Positions 34,789 to 50,849 of a DNA stretch of 64,000 nt are shown here, in pieces; position 1 is the stretch's first letter, and every line of letters starts with the position of its first letter. A program made the translations under genes and the position numbers. The notes below the pieces were generated by a model. It did no database searches and was not told the DNA's origin. It saw only the letters and a list, made by a program, of their open reading frames with translations. Origin of the DNA: Spironucleus salmonicida (Eukaryota). Location: positions 310,001 to 374,000 of the forward strand of contig NC_090602.1 of NCBI RefSeq assembly GCF_000497125.1. Reading direction: 5' to 3'.

Positions 34789-37700
34789 ATGCTATCGTAG
34801 CTTTCACCGGCCTCACAACTTTTCGCGAAACTGGCAGTCTACGGGACTGCACCCGCAGACTTCACGGCATTCAAAACGGCCCAGTAGCCGCTCCCTAAAC
34901 TGCCGGAACCACAATTTTTGAAGCATCAGTCTCTAGAGGAGCAGCGCATTAACTGGCTTGGGAGCCAGGCAAAGGAGCAGGTGAACCTGTGCAAGCAAAA
35001 TATGGAAGACCGTACGCGCTAAATTGCGGCGCTAGAGCGCCAAAAAGAGTACAAAATGGACAGTTTGAGCACGATCGAACTGGAGAACTACCTGCAGGAC
35101 CAGCAGTTTGAGTTTGACAGAATCATGCATATGAGCCGCTTCTAGGAAGGTGACCATGCGATATTTGCGATCGTGAAGGAGTTTTGCGAAAAACGGGTCC
35201 AAATCGAAGAATTTCCTGTCAAAAACGAGATTTTGTCGCTCTACAGCAGCGACACCCTCTAGAAACTGAAAAATTCAGAGCTTATTGAGCTGATGAAGGA
35301 GGATATTCAAAAGGAGCTTTTGATCGTAAAGGAGCTACAAAGCTAGAGGTCAATTTACTGTTACCTAGATAAATTTTCAGGGGCCTATTCAAATATCGCT
35401 AAGAAGGTATAATAGAGCAATTTTAAATTTCAAAAAACTGAGAAAGTCAACGAAAAGAAGAAAACAGAAATCGAAGTCATCGAAGAATGGGTAGAAGATA
35501 GATCTGAGTACAAGTCAATTGAGGATATCGTTGAAAATTTGGACGAACTCATTCTTTTCATCGAGTTTATGTAATTTTTATAGCTAAAATAACTGAAATA
35601 AGAATAAAATATTGAGGTGAAATCATAAGAGAAAGTTTTAGAAGAAGCAAACTAGAATTAATCTGAGATTTAGAAGGATGAAATAATTGAAGATATGCCA
35701 TAAAAAAATGTCACGCGGTATTTAGGTATCATTTCTTAATTAAAGAAAGATTTCTAGGTAAATGAAATGGCAGAGCAATTGGCTGTCTAAATATACAGTT
35801 TTAATGATAATTTCAGAGAGGTAATTCCAGATTTTTGTGAATAGTACTTGATTATAAATAATATTCCTTGTGATATTAAAGTTTTAGAAGATCTAGATCA
35901 GTTTCTTATAGGGTTATAAAATGAAAGAGCGCTAAAAAATACTGAATTGGAGATTAATCTGAACATAACTGCTTTTGATAAAATCATCGTAAATAGTTTT
36001 GGTTCGTTAAATTAACTTTTATAAGCTAATCTAGCTAAAGTATATTTAGTTGATCATATATAAGTAGGATTTAATTATGATTAATATAGTTATGATTAGA
36101 TTAAAAATATTCACAGTGAAGCTAAACTTATTACTGATTTAGATGAAATTATTAAGGCTCAGTTAAATGGGTAAGCTATCTTGCATTAATTTAACTTTAA
36201 CTTTTTAGGTCACTGGAATTTATTTTAGAACTTTTTATCAGATTTATATTTAAAATATTCTTCTAAAAATGTAGGAGTATCATGGTAATTTTAGTAATTT
36301 AATCGATTAATAGTTGAAAATCCAGTTTTTGAAGATATAATTTGTGATCTTTATGATTTAGATGAAAAAAGGAATATAATCTTTCATTGGGAAATTAAAA
36401 ATATTATACAGCTAGGTGAAAAATTGATGGAAAGTTATTGTCATTTAAATAATATCAATAATAATATGAAAAAGATATAATTTGAAAAAGATAAAGAAGC
36501 AGAATTGGCTACAATGGATCCAAAAAAACGACCCCCTCCTAAAAAAGCAGAAAAATTAGTATGCACACCAGTTGAATTTATCGATTCCCTTAAATTCTTT
36601 GTAAATAATTAAGAACTATTAGATTTAGTTAAAGAATTTAAGATGTCAAAAATTAATTTAGATAATGAAATTCATATTTTTGAATAAATGTTTTTAACAA
36701 TTTAAATAATCATGAATGCCTAATAAGCCAATGATATTAGTTCTCTATAATCTGATGTAGATTCATAATTTTCATCATTATTTTAAAAAGTCGTTGTCGA
36801 ATACAACACAATGTTGACATATTTTACATCTGTACATAAAGATTAGAGAGGTGAAGATGTTATTATTTCAGATTAGCTTTTAACCTTAAACTAGATTACA
36901 TCTACATCATTAGAGTCATTCTAAAAACTTTATAGTGATATTGCTACTAATTTTAAGTAAAAATCTGAAAATATATTATAGATTAACAAAAAGTTACCAT
37001 AAGGTGTCATCTTAAATTGTAACTAGATTATTTAACTATATTTAGGATATGAAGTTCCAGAAGAATAAGAAATATCGGCAGATAAAAAGGTTAAACCACC
37101 TTCAAAATAACCTATTTTTAACTTTAGGGATATAAAAATTGAAAATTTTAATTAGCTTATCACACTTTACTGTGCAAGTCTCATTAAATAAATGACAGTC
37201 GTTGCCAAATAGTAATTTAACTTGAAAGTTAAGTGTCATTAAATTATGGTATTATTTTTATCAAACTAAATGAATCTTAAAACATTTTATCCTTACCAGA
37301 TTGAGAAATCTAAACTAATCCCTGCAAAATAGTAAAAATCATTTGATGCTTAATTAGTGCAAATGGATGCTGATGTCTTTATCAAAACTGTAGAATCAGC
37401 TATTCCAGTTGATGGTATCACGGTTGATAAATATTTGCTACTAATTTAAAGTTCTTTTGAAAAAATGCCAAAAACATTCACTAGCTAAGTATTTTGTGAG
37501 GAAAGCAATGAAATTGTAACTCTAAAATTGTAGTAAAATTTATCTTAAATGTTGAGCGATTATACAGATAAAGTTAGTGGAGTATTTTTAAATATGACAG
37601 AAAAAATTAAAGGAATATTAATTAATTATTCATAAAATGTGGTTGAAGTCATTTAGAGCAGTCTAGGAAAATAAGAAGATTTATTTGCTAGTTATGTATA

Positions 37701-37842
37701 AGTAATTGGATAGCTAAGTTAATCAGTTTAAAAATCTATTGAAGCTAATGACTATATAAAGTAAATTGAGCTTAAAGATACATTTGAGATTGTATTAAAG
37801 AAAGAGTATCCTATTATTAATGAGCAATAGGCACAAGAGTGA
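34789..37842 (+). CDS. Large coiled-coil protein, about 1017 aa
   Basis: Long code 6 ORF MLSQLSPASQLFAK...QAQE-TGA, E/Q/K-rich, with a DPKKRPPPKK segment. Confidence 0.7.
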
Positions 37843-37960
37843 TATTTATAAATTCTAATTTTTTATTATATTATCGAAAATATAACAAAACTGATTTAAT
37901 ATAATATTAGTTATTAAAAACTAATAATTATCAAAATTTAAGCCACTCCAAATTTAAAAT

Positions 37961-39049
<1,089 letters not shown>

Positions 39050-39134
39050 TTTAATTTTAATTACAATATATACTATAATATATACTATTATTAATTTTAC
39101 TAATCATCTAAATTCCCCACTCCGAATTTATATA

Positions 39135-39329
39135 ATGTCAGCCTAACCTGAAAATCCAGAAGAATTAGCCAAGTATATCCAGGATTTGCTTTAAAATGTT
39201 AAGAAGCAATACGAAGATATGACTGGTCGTGTTGTTACTGCAATTGACGATATTGCTAATCGTGTAGACTCTCTTGAAAAGAATGTAAATGCTCTTTTAG
39301 ACAATGTGAAGAGTGGTGATGCTCAGTGA
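39135..39329 (+). CDS. HSBP1: Heat shock factor binding protein 1-like, 64 aa
   Basis: ELAKYIQDLLQNVKKQYEDMTGRVVTAIDDIANRVDSLEKNVNALL matches the HSBP1 coiled-coil pattern. Confidence 0.75.
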
Positions 39330-39443
39330 GCTTTAAACTTTAGTTAATTATAGATTATTTACGCTGACGTTTCATCCTAAATTAATAAATATTAAACATA
39401 AATTAATATTATATTATTATATGATATGAAATTACTAGAAAAA

Positions 39444-40808
39444 ATGCGATCTATATACTTGTCAGCTGCTTAAAATCTCCCAGATGAATCGTCAGAAGAG
39501 TAGGAGCTCAAATGTTAGCCAATATTATAGCATACATTTGAAGATTTACTATATGCTATTGAGACACTCGAAAATACAGCTTCAGCTGAACTAGAGCCAG
39601 CATTAACCCTATTTAGCTCTGCATGCCATATTAATCACTAAACACGATTTTTTAATTCATTCAGTTAAGAATAAGTTAAAAATATAGCTAATATTCTAAC
39701 AACAGTATATGTTAAATCAACGTTTAAAGTTCTTTCTTTAAAAGCAATTTTAAATTCTACTGCAGTACTTCCTACTTCTCTTATTTTTAATGCATAAGAG
39801 GGATTCAAACTTGCTTTGAACAGCTCTCTTTACAGCACAGATCTTAAAGAAATTTAATATGCTTTAGTAACTATATATAATATAATAATAGATATTGGCC
39901 CCACAAAAAGCCTACTATTTTAAACATATTTGAATCTAGAAATTTTATATGACAACGCATATTCTCTCTTCTCATCTACAGAGAAATATGCACGCAGAGT
40001 ATGTAAAGAAATGATTGACCTAGTTGATTTTCTGAATTTTGATATTGAAAAGTTTTTAAGATTTCTTCTCAATAATTTAGTTGAAACTGAAAGATTTGGA
40101 AAAGAAATTTTATAATTTCTTGGAAATTTACTCAAAAAATTTGATAAAAAATTTGAAAAGAGTTCTATTTTAGTCTAAAAATGGCTGGTTACAAACTATG
40201 GAATCATACTCTCGCTCTACACTAATGATAAAACTCTTTTTAGCTTTCTGACGCTCATCTATATATTTTTACAACGTGGGAATGCCTTATTAAGGTAGGA
40301 TTTCTACGTACAGAATGAAATAATTAGTGATCTAACACGTTTAAAATTAAAAACTGACCGTATGAAAGAAATATCAATTTCAATAATCTATGAACTGTTT
40401 ACTTGCTTCCCCTCCTGTTTTGAGATTTAAAATGTACCTAAATACAATATTTTCTAGTTTTTGTTATCTGCTGTTACTTCAGAAAACATAGAATAGGTTT
40501 GTAATATTATGAACTCAAAAATTGAAGAGATTTTGCGAGATTTTGATGAAATTTTTATTTAACTTTTGGCCGTGTTCACAAATTTATTGTCTCGTAATAA
40601 TACATTTCTAGAGGGCTCAATTGACGAGGGTAGCTCTTATCATCGAGCTGGTGAAACATTTTTGTGTCTATTAGTGGAGATTGTAGAATATACATAAAAA
40701 TTTTAACATAAAATTCAGGAATCTGATACATTAGTTAATTGGCTAGAGCGAATGCAATTAGTAGATACTGAATGTTCTTTCAATGTTAATATTATTATAG
40801 GACAGTGA
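39444..40808 (+). CDS. Hypothetical alpha-helical (ARM/HEAT-like) protein, about 454 aa
   Basis: Long code 6 ORF that includes track ORF 39930-40115; alternative in-frame ATG at 39426. Confidence 0.65.
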
Positions 40809-42089
40809 TCACTTAAGTTTTATTTCTAGTGATAATTTTTTACTGAAAGGAATATTTGCAGGCCACTTAAACTTTAATTTTAGCTTATTTTGGCTAGAAA
40901 TTAAGGGTTCAACTGCTTCTTTCTCTGGGGAACAAATATATTTTTACAAAAAATCCTGTTCATTAATTTGGTTGTTCTTCTGCACATGTTAAACTGTATT
41001 TGTAACAAAACTTGTACTTGCTTCATCCCAAGCATCGAAATTATTTTCTTTGCCTTGGCAATTGATTTATGGTATTTCACTAACACTAGCTTGTGTTTTT
41101 ATGTGGTAATTAAGTTCATCATCTAACTGTGACTACAATAACATACTCTATTGGATAAAATCCTCATTTATTTATTCATCATCAGAAAAATTATCAAAAT
41201 CGGTGACATTATTATTAACGATTGGTTAAGTAATTTTTAAACCTACAAATTCAGCAAAATCATCGTTTTACATTGCATAATCATTTTCTAGCTCATGTGT
41301 TTATTTAAAATTCTCTAAATCAATCTCTAGTTTTTTACTTTAAAGATCTAAATCAGTCGTCATGTCAAACTATTTATCTGTTAGTGATTATAAATTAGGA
41401 AATACACTATCTTACAGTTAATTAGAATGATTAAATTAATCTGTTAAGGTATTAACCTCTTGAATATCTTACTATGCTTCTGATATTCTACATTCCATAT
41501 CATCTAACATTGTATCTAATTCAGCACTAGTTATTGATTAAAAAGATTACTGCTTATCTTTTTATTGTAATTTCTGACTACAAATTTATTAAACTTGATC
41601 AGATTCATGGATTTATTCTGGTAACGATGTAGTAGAACCATTAATTACTCCATCGATATGAGGTTTGTTAACTTGAGCCTCGAAAGTTTACTCAGCCAAA
41701 GGTTCTGAAGATTAATCATATTCTAAAGTCTTAAGTTATGTCTAATTTATTGCTGTTAAAAGTCCATTTATTGGGCTATTTAGTTCTAATGCTGATGGAG
41801 ACGCTATAAATTTTGAAGAAGACAAATTAACATCATTATCTTCATTATCGCTAGAACTTTAAGGTTATGTATTTATTACTAAATTTGTTGTGGGCGATTA
41901 TATTGGATTATAAAATGCAGATTATGGAAGGTTTTCCATTTATATTACTTACGGTGTACCATAAGTATCTGAAAAATCGTTTGTAGTATCTTCATATTTA
42001 TCTTTCTATGTATTAGTAAATGATTCTAAATTAAGATCCTTAGTTGTTTCTATAAGTAAATCATTTGGATCTAATTCTATATCTTACAT
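40809..42089 (-). CDS. Hypothetical acidic protein, about 426 aa
   Basis: MQDIELDPNDLLIE...; its stop abuts that of the previous gene. Confidence 0.6.
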
Positions 42090-42147
42090 TAAATTTAATA
42101 CTAAATTTAATATATATTAATTGTAATAGAGTTTATAAATTTTAATT

Positions 42148-42702
42148 ATGGACTAATTAAAATAAAAATTCGTAGATTGCTTGAAATAAAAGATATCGAT
42201 TATTAAAAATTCCACTTAAACACTATAGATAAAATAAACTGCTATAGTTAAAAATTATATTACATTATAAGTGTATAAAAATAATAGCTTAAATTGCTGT
42301 AAATCGTGTGAACAATTACAAAATATAATTTTAACATTAAACACACAGGTACATTAAATAAAGTTATAAATTAATAAAGTAAAAACCGATGTTCATCCAC
42401 CACTACCTACAAATGGATTTTAGTAAATATTAAACAAATATGAAAAACATTTAATTATGGAGGCTCAATTAAAAAATTTAAACAAGACAGTAAATTTAAA
42501 CATACACGTATAATAATAACGGTATGAAGAATTAAATAATTAACATTTAAAATTAATAAATAGTGTAAAACAAAAATAAGAATTGTTATTATTGAGACAA
42601 AAATATTCCCCTTTTATTAATAAATTATTATAAAATATTGCAGCACATAAAAAATAAATTTAAGATTACAAGTAACTTATTTTATTGATGCATAGTAAAT
42701 GA
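42148..42702 (+). CDS. Hypothetical coiled-coil protein, 184 aa
   Basis: Code 6 ORF MDQLKQKFVDC...LMHSK-TGA. Confidence 0.55.
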
Positions 42703-42707
42703 AACAA

Positions 42708-45700
42708 TCAATCATCATTAATAGGTTTTCTTGATAAGATTATTATATTCACATTATCAAAGTTCATTTGTGAGTTAACTTTTGGGCTACTGACTATGAC
42801 TTATCCTTACAGACTTCTAACCATTTCATGTGCACATTTTTCAAACTCTTCATCCATTCCTTAATTTATTTCATCTATAACTCTTATAGGAATACCTTAT
42901 AAACAACAAGCTAAGCACAATGAAATAACACTTCTCTCGCCTCCAGATAAGCTAGCAGCAGATAATTTCTCAGATGATGAAAATTTTGTATCTACATCAA
43001 CACCTGGTGAGAATCGTCGTAAAATTGCGGATAGGGATTATGCATCAAAACTAAACTATTGTAATATTTCTGATATTTCTTACGGATTCATAGATTAATT
43101 TAATATCTAAAATTAATTGTTTTCTAATAATTTTTTCTACTCCTGCAATTCCTTATTATTAGCAAGTTCTGGTCCAGACTTCCATGTTTTTAGTTTAAGA
43201 GAGCCTGATACAGAGAAAGATTATAAATTTATCATAAATTATTTGTTTAAACTACCTAAAAATATCTAAAGCTATTAAATAGAAGCCTCAAAAGAATTAA
43301 ATAAATTAAGAGCTTCTTTTGAGATATAATTATATAAATTTAATAACATGTGATAGCTTTTTAATATATCTTCTTATAATTAAGTAAGATCAACGTTTTG
43401 TTAAGAAATTTTTAGTTTTAATTTTTACTAAAGCTACTATAATGTTTATTAAATATTATTGGACTCCTCGATTATTTTAATAGTTTCTTCCTACAAGTCG
43501 TGCTTTTCTTAATTAAATATTGGTAAGAAATCAGATTCTTTCTTAATTTTTATTTTAAACTTGCTTAAATTTTCAATTTATTGCTCATAAGATACACATA
43601 ATAGTTAAATTTTATTTTCTTAATCTATAATTTAATTTTTAATACTTTTACACGATAATTACTTATCTTCTATTGTAATTTTTAATTGCTCAATTTTATT
43701 TTCAATATTTGACCATTATATCATAATATCTGAACAATCAACTTACATAATCATACTCTCTTTAGCAATTTAACAAATTTTTAATAAACATACGGAATTT
43801 TTCTCCTATATTTTTTATATCTATGAATTGCAGTGGTGAATCTCTTCTTATGTTACAGTTCGTATTGATCCTATTTCACGCTATTTATTTTCAATTTCAG
43901 TATCTATCTACTAAACTTAACTTTTTATCATATCAACATTGTTTTTCATCTTTTTGATTTATAGTTCTTTTGCCTAAAATAGTTCTTTTGCATTATTTAA
44001 TTAAGATTATTTAGAATCATATTATTACTATATATCATTAAATTATTCCTAAATGATTATTTCATGAAGATAACTTTGTTCAGTAGAAATTTGTAAATAT
44101 GAAGAAGTTTAACTATATTGTTTCGGCTAAATTTATTACACTTGTTTACCATTATACTAATTGTTGTATTTTAAAACTTTATATAACTTATTTTTTGCAT
44201 AAATTGCGCTAACATGATTATTATTCTCAAATATATAATCAATTTCTTTTTATAAAAATTGCTCAGATTATGCTTCTTCGTGTTTTATGTAATATACTGA
44301 CTTAAACTTACTTGCAAACTAATTAATAACTATATAATTTCCAATTAATATATCAAGACAGCATATCATTTAGTGTTACTTTAATGCCTTTAACTTAACA
44401 GATTGTTCATTTACAATTTATTCTTTTTTTGCTAATTCAAAAGCTTATTTATATGATAGCCCAAAATATTAAGAAGGTAGTGTTGATACATTAGTAGCTC
44501 CACCTTTTGACTAAAAATCAGCAAATTTTTAAGATAAATTTGTGTTAATATCGAAAGAAGATGTAATAACAGTATTAATATCGTTACCTAAAATTATCTA
44601 AATAATGAGTCTAGCATCTGTTTAAGGTATAATGGATAACTAATTAACAGCAATATGAGACAATACAGGAAATATCATAAACTATCCAGTTAGTTATTAC
44701 TAAACTTAGCTACAGTAATCAAACCATTACGAATTTTTACAACTAGATGCATATTATTTCAATTAATATTATAGAGATGCTCTTTATTTTTTAATATTCA
44801 GAAAACTTTCCGATATGTTATTTAGGAGCGAATTATCTGTGTTATCATTTGTACGAAGTTTTATTAATTTTTAGGACATTTCGTCCATTTATGATAAAAG
44901 ATCAAATTTCTAGTTTTTAATAACATTTAACTAAGTTTCAAGACTTTATTTTTAATCGAAATTTGATTGATTTTATAACTATGAAATTTTTTATTGTTCC
45001 TTTTTTAACGATTTCAAATCAATTAAATATTATCTAAGAACAATTTTTTATTATGATTGCTACTCATATTTTCTCTTAAAATCATGAAATTATTTAGATT
45101 TTTCAGAATCAAGCTTCAATAATTCTTTATTTAATAAATCAACATCTCTATTTAACTAAGCTACACAATCTAATATAAGTTATTTCTATTTTATGCTTTC
45201 TATTAATTAAGTATCAGCTTAATTCTTCTAAAATATTGTATCATAAAGTTTTTGCAGTGCAACATATTTTTCCAATTAAAAAATTATTCTTTTCCCATGC
45301 TCTAACTCTTCAAAAATTTAAAAATCTTTAGCTGACTTAATATATAAATTTCGCTATCCAATAAATTTTTGATAAATAGTGGAGAATTCATCTAATCTTA
45401 TTAAAATATCAGATACATCCACGTTAAATGCTTCTGATTTATTACATAGCGACGTAATATATTACAATCTTTCAAAAGCATTAACTTCCATAATTCTTTG
45501 AGCAGAATGTTACATCATAGATACAAATGGATTATCTATCACGATATTAAGTTGCGATACTAATTTTTTAATACTTTATACTGTTGCTTTTGCTCCATCA
45601 ATAAAATAAATTCTAGAATTATCTGATAAAACTTACACTTTTATTGTATGAGAATTAGGCGAGTTAAATATTTCTATTTATGCATATCCTTTATCTTGAT

Positions 45701-45893
45701 CTTCGAACAGTAGGCCATTTAAGTCAGTCGATTATGACCCTAAACATAAAGCTATACCTTAAAGAATTGAACTTTTTCCATGACCATTTGGTGCTAATAA
45801 AAAATTAACTGATGGTGAAAGATTAACTTCTAGGTGCCGCACTCCCTTAAAATTATAAAGTAAGATCTTCTTTATATTACCATTCTGAAACAT
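42708..45893 (-). CDS. SMC5: Structural maintenance of chromosomes protein 5, about 1061 aa
   Basis: GNIKKILLYNF, APNGHGKSSI, DNPFVSMMQ, long coiled coils, LSGGERS and the SMC5-type IDEINQGMD. Confidence 0.85.
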
Positions 45894-45955
45894 TTTAAAT
45901 AGAATAAATATATAATTATAATATATATACAACTGCAATCTATATTAGTCTCAAA

Positions 45956-48745
45956 ATGCCACCAAAACCATAAATCTCTGAATCCTTAGACTGGTCGAAA
46001 TCTTCTGAGCCATTGCCATACATATTTGAAGATCTTGAAAATGCAGCACATGAATTATCGGAAACATTTTTACCTGGAGATTAGTCTGCCTAATATATAT
46101 CAACTTTTCATCAAGCGTTTTCTTTTATTTTTGATTTCACACAATCCTAGTTATTATAAATTCAGTAAGGTAATATGTCTATTATAACTCCAGAGTGTTT
46201 TGATAACGCTCTTAAATAACCTAAATCTGGGATACAAGCAATTCTAGCATTGATTTTAGGTTATTATGATGCAGGAGAAACTACAATTACATCAGTTGTT
46301 GAAAAATCGCTAGTAATATCTAATATTATTGATTCATTAGCTGCTATTTTTATTTAAGAAGCTTAGACTTGTCTAGTTGCATTAGAAGATCCACCATAAG
46401 ATTAAAAGGCAACGCATTAGTTAACATCTCTATTGATCAATATTATTTAATTATTACATCTTTTAATAACATCTTAAAATTTATCGAATAATTTCATTGG
46501 CTCTGGATAGGTTTATTTAAAGATTTTAAATATTTCATCATAACTTCTTATCTCTCTATCGGGGATTTCCCTTTCTTAACCACCTTAAACATTTCTCATG
46601 TCAAATGCTCGCTGCTTTGCTGGAAGTAGAGTTATATGCTTAATTAGATAAACTTTAATTAGACTTTTAGGAATGACTAAGGAGCTGAAGTCCGTAGATA
46701 AAATTTTAGCAGCTAAGATAAAAAATGAGGAAAAAACTGTTAAAAGACTTCCAGCACCAAGATTTTATGGGTTTGCTAATCCAATTTGTTAGTAGATATA
46801 ATAATTAGAATTAATATCGAAAGTAGATGTTTAGTATGGTGATATTTTTACAGATATTTAACCAGTATTACATAGTTACTGGAACGATGAGAATATGATG
46901 GAGTTTATTGATTTTTACGATAAAATATAATAGAAAAGAAGAGGTATTATGACTTAAGAGTGTGATGTTTATAATAAATAAAGAAATGATTAAATTTAAA
47001 GTTTGTTCAATTAATTGAGCAATACAGAAATGAAAGGTAGTTTAGAAGGCATAGAATAAAACCATGCAGCATATGTTTCTATGAAGCTAGCATCAGATGG
47101 AAGAACATAATCTTTAGTGACATAAAATTAAACTCCAATCAGCTAGTAAAATTCAGGAAGATTTCCTGGATAGATTAATAAGAATCTTCAAAGTGAAGCT
47201 ACTGAAATAATGAAAAATAAGTTTTAAAGTAGTTATACTAAATCTTTCTAATATTCAGGAAGAGCATAGTTAATTAGTAAAGCATCTTAAAATATACTTC
47301 AGTCCATTGATTATAATTTACTCGGTTTTGAATAAAGCAATATCGATCTTAATAATGTTAAAAGAAAATTTAAAGATATTGGCCCTTTAGATCTTTAAAG
47401 TTCAATATTAAAACAAAAACTAGTAGTAAACTAACTAAGTAATGTACCATCATATAGTAATATTTATAAAGTTTTGTAGCAATTTGATATTTATCAATTT
47501 CTACATTCAATAGCTAGATTCGGTTTATGTTCAATCCCAAACACCGCTGATGTTATCAACAATAGACACAATATTCCAGAGCCAGGTCAACCACCATCTA
47601 ATAATTCAGTGGCAAGTATACGACATGTTCGTGAAATTGTTTTGAAGTAAGTATCCTATATTAATTACTAACTGATTTACGTATCCAAATAAGTCCATCC
47701 AGCTTTACATCGATATTTAGCAAAATATTATTCAAATATCCCAGAGCTCTATGAATACCTCATCTGCGTAATTTCACAGCCACTCGGTATATATTCTTCT
47801 ACTTTCGACTAGCGCCAAAAATCTATTGGTCAATGCCTTTTTGAACTTCAACCGAACGTGCTTTCAACTTCAGAGCTTTTTTCACATGCGTCAGAAATAA
47901 TTTATAACACTAGCTCATCATAGTTGAACCCCCAAACGCCGCTAGCTTCATTTTCCTCGACTAGACGACTTTTCATTTTGAATTCAGTTTTTCGCTCTAT
48001 TTATGGAACAATTTAGCATTCCAGAAAACGATAATCCGATTTCAACAAGCTCTATAACAAAATTTCAGCAAATTATGTTTCCTCAATAATGTAATCTGCG
48101 AGTAACGCTTTGCAGCAAAATATCGAAGAGGATACGTCTTAAATTTCACTTTCCCAAACAATAAATAAGCAAAAGCTTCAAAAAGCCATTGGGGGCCTTT
48201 CAGATTTTAATATTAACAGCAAAAAGTAGACGCAAAGCGTTCTTGATCCTTTATCGGTTGCTAGTTTGATTGAATTTTTGAGTGGTCAGAATGCCAATAA
48301 CAACCCATAAAGATAAAATATGGCTTGTACCATTTCGTGTACGTTCCCTGGTTACTAGGCGTTACGTGTAAACAATTTAGGTCTGATCGGTGTGTTTTTG
48401 AAACTTTCACTTCACTTACTTCCAGCATCTTCTGGAAGCGAGAATGGTGATTTTTCTAGTGTTTTTGAAGTACCTGGTCTTTAAAGTGCAAGAGAGGCGG
48501 TCATTAAATCTGGGTGGTTGAGCGGTATCAGTGCGAAGAGTGTGGATTGCTACAGGTGGAATAGAGATAGCGTGTGTAGTGGTGAGGCAGAGCGTGATTT
48601 TCAGGAGAGTAGGGTAATTCTGGAGGTTCTTGGATAGCAATTGGACATGTAGGTCATCTCAGAGACTATTAAAAATGGTTATTGTAATGGTTATGGAGCT
48701 AGTGTTGTTGATGCTGAACTTGGATTTGTTGGGAAACTGAAGTGA
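45956..48745 (+). CDS. Hypothetical protein, about 929 aa
   Basis: Long code 6 ORF MPPKPQISESLDWS...GFVGKLK-TGA (AAGTGA). Confidence 0.7.
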
Positions 48746-48761
48746 ACGACTCTGAAATTAA

Positions 48762-49949
48762 TCACTGGTAGCAAGAAAATGGTTCTACAACTGTACTTCG
48801 ACGTCTGCTTGACGTTTCTGAAACACGTTGCGAAGAAAATAATTTTTTTTAATTTAAAGTTATGAAGCATGGGGATTCTGAAACCTCGTCAAACGTTGAC
48901 CGAATCAAATCTGTATTTTAATATATAACCGATTTTTGTGTTTCTTAATGTGGACTTAGTACAATTTATTTTGTTGGCATGCCTGACATTTCTGTTATTA
49001 TACTGGCATTAGTTTTTGGTGTTTGCTTACCATATCTATACAAAGAGCTAGGAGATCCTATCTGTGACATAGATTCATAATTATGTTGCGGGTATTAAGG
49101 AGGTGTTTTTGCATTTTAATATATAAACTATTCATTACTAATTTGACGATTCTGATTTTTATGTTCTTTTTAGGAATTATAATTATTGTTATAACTATTA
49201 TTGATATATTAGGATTCGTAATTAAAAGTTGTATTATCAATTTCGGCTCTGGAGTTATGGTCAATTTTATGAAATAGAGAAGCTGAATCTGGCCTAATTT
49301 TGCTTTCAACACTTTTGATAGGGCTTTCGTATGGTTTGTAATAAGCATCATTAGAGCTTTAAATTTATTGCATCAATTTATTAATGTTTTAACTTTCTTA
49401 TTTAATACTATCTCTTCTATCTATATTAGACGAATTTCTTCGATTCATTCTACTCTTTTCAATTTCTTCTTTTTAAATAGTTTTTTATATTTCAAACTTC
49501 TATTATGCTTCAATTTCAACTTCATGACTTTCGCATTTGTTGATTCCACATTATTTCTCTAACCGTTACATCATCTTAATTAGTTCAACCTCCTCTTTAG
49601 TCTTTTTACCTTATTCACATCTTAGTATTTATTCTTAGAATGCATTTGCAACTTCCCCCATTTATGTTTTTGCACGACCTCTTTTAGACCCTAGGGTCAA
49701 AGTTGATGACGCTGGTCGTTTAGCTTTATTACCAATATGGTAAGCTACACCGCCAACGATTGAAACTCCTGGTTGCCCTTTATTCTCTGGTATCTAGACT
49801 TGACACCCATTTAATTGTTTCACTCGTACGGGCCTACCTGGTAATGGATTATCTCTAGGATTCGTAGATATGTTATTATAACTTTTAGAATAAGAAACCT
49901 CATAGATAGGCTAAGATGTTTCACAAAACTAAATTTGGCGCAGGTTCAT
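48762..49949 (-). CDS. Hypothetical protein with central coiled coil, about 395 aa
   Basis: MNLRQIQFCETSQPIYE...FSCYQ-TGA. Confidence 0.6.
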
Positions 49950-50197
49950 TTTGTAAAATCTATTAGTGAAGACATAATATAATTAATATACAAAATAACG
50001 GTTTCACGATTCCTAAATCTTAAATTAAACTGTTTTAGTTATAATAATATATTCTTTTAATCTATTGTTTAATTATATTTATATAATATGAATAATCGAA
50101 CAATCTTAAAAATGTTAAAATATTTATATATTTAAGCTGACATAATATTTTAATACGAACGCTCAACATATTTGCATCCTCAAAAATACGGTTATAA

Positions 50198-50749
50198 ATG
50201 CCCACAAACTCTCAAAAACGTGCCAAACAAGCCAATATTCTAGCTGAAATTATCATCAAGTATAATCCTTCTTAGACTAAAAATAAACTTTTGTCTGATA
50301 TAGATTTAATGTAAAAATTTGGTCGTGAGCAAAACGTAAAAAAGTTGTTTATGAGTATTTAAGGGGTTAAGAGGTAGTCAGCAGAGTATTTCATAAATAA
50401 TGTCTTGGATGAATTGAAGTTAGAAATATGTGAAAAAGATAAAGCGGAAATCAAGAAGTTTATGACTGATAAGAAGCGAGAGATAACTTAATAAGATATA
50501 GAATAGTGTATGAATAGTATAAACTTAAATCGTGAAAAATAAATACCTTTGATAGTATTTAGCAGGGCTGCAACTGCAGTTAATTGTTAGATTAACAAAA
50601 ATAAAAAACCTAAAATATAAATTATGGAATGTGATTCATCCGCAAGGGATTTAATTGGTGTTGAAATTAAAGATAGAGTAAAAAGAATTAAATAGAATAC
50701 ACATGATGATGAATATATAGCATAATTATTATAGAGAATAGAAGTCTGA
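50198..50749 (+). CDS. Hypothetical basic protein, 183 aa
   Basis: MPTNSQKRAKQANILAEII...QRIEV-TGA. Confidence 0.6.
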
Positions 50750-50849
50750 ATTGATTTTTTTTAACTTTCTATCGATTTCTCCCAATTTCGCACAGACTTT
50801 AATACGTCGCCGCTGCTGTGTGGGCATATTCTCGACATCAATCATTAAA

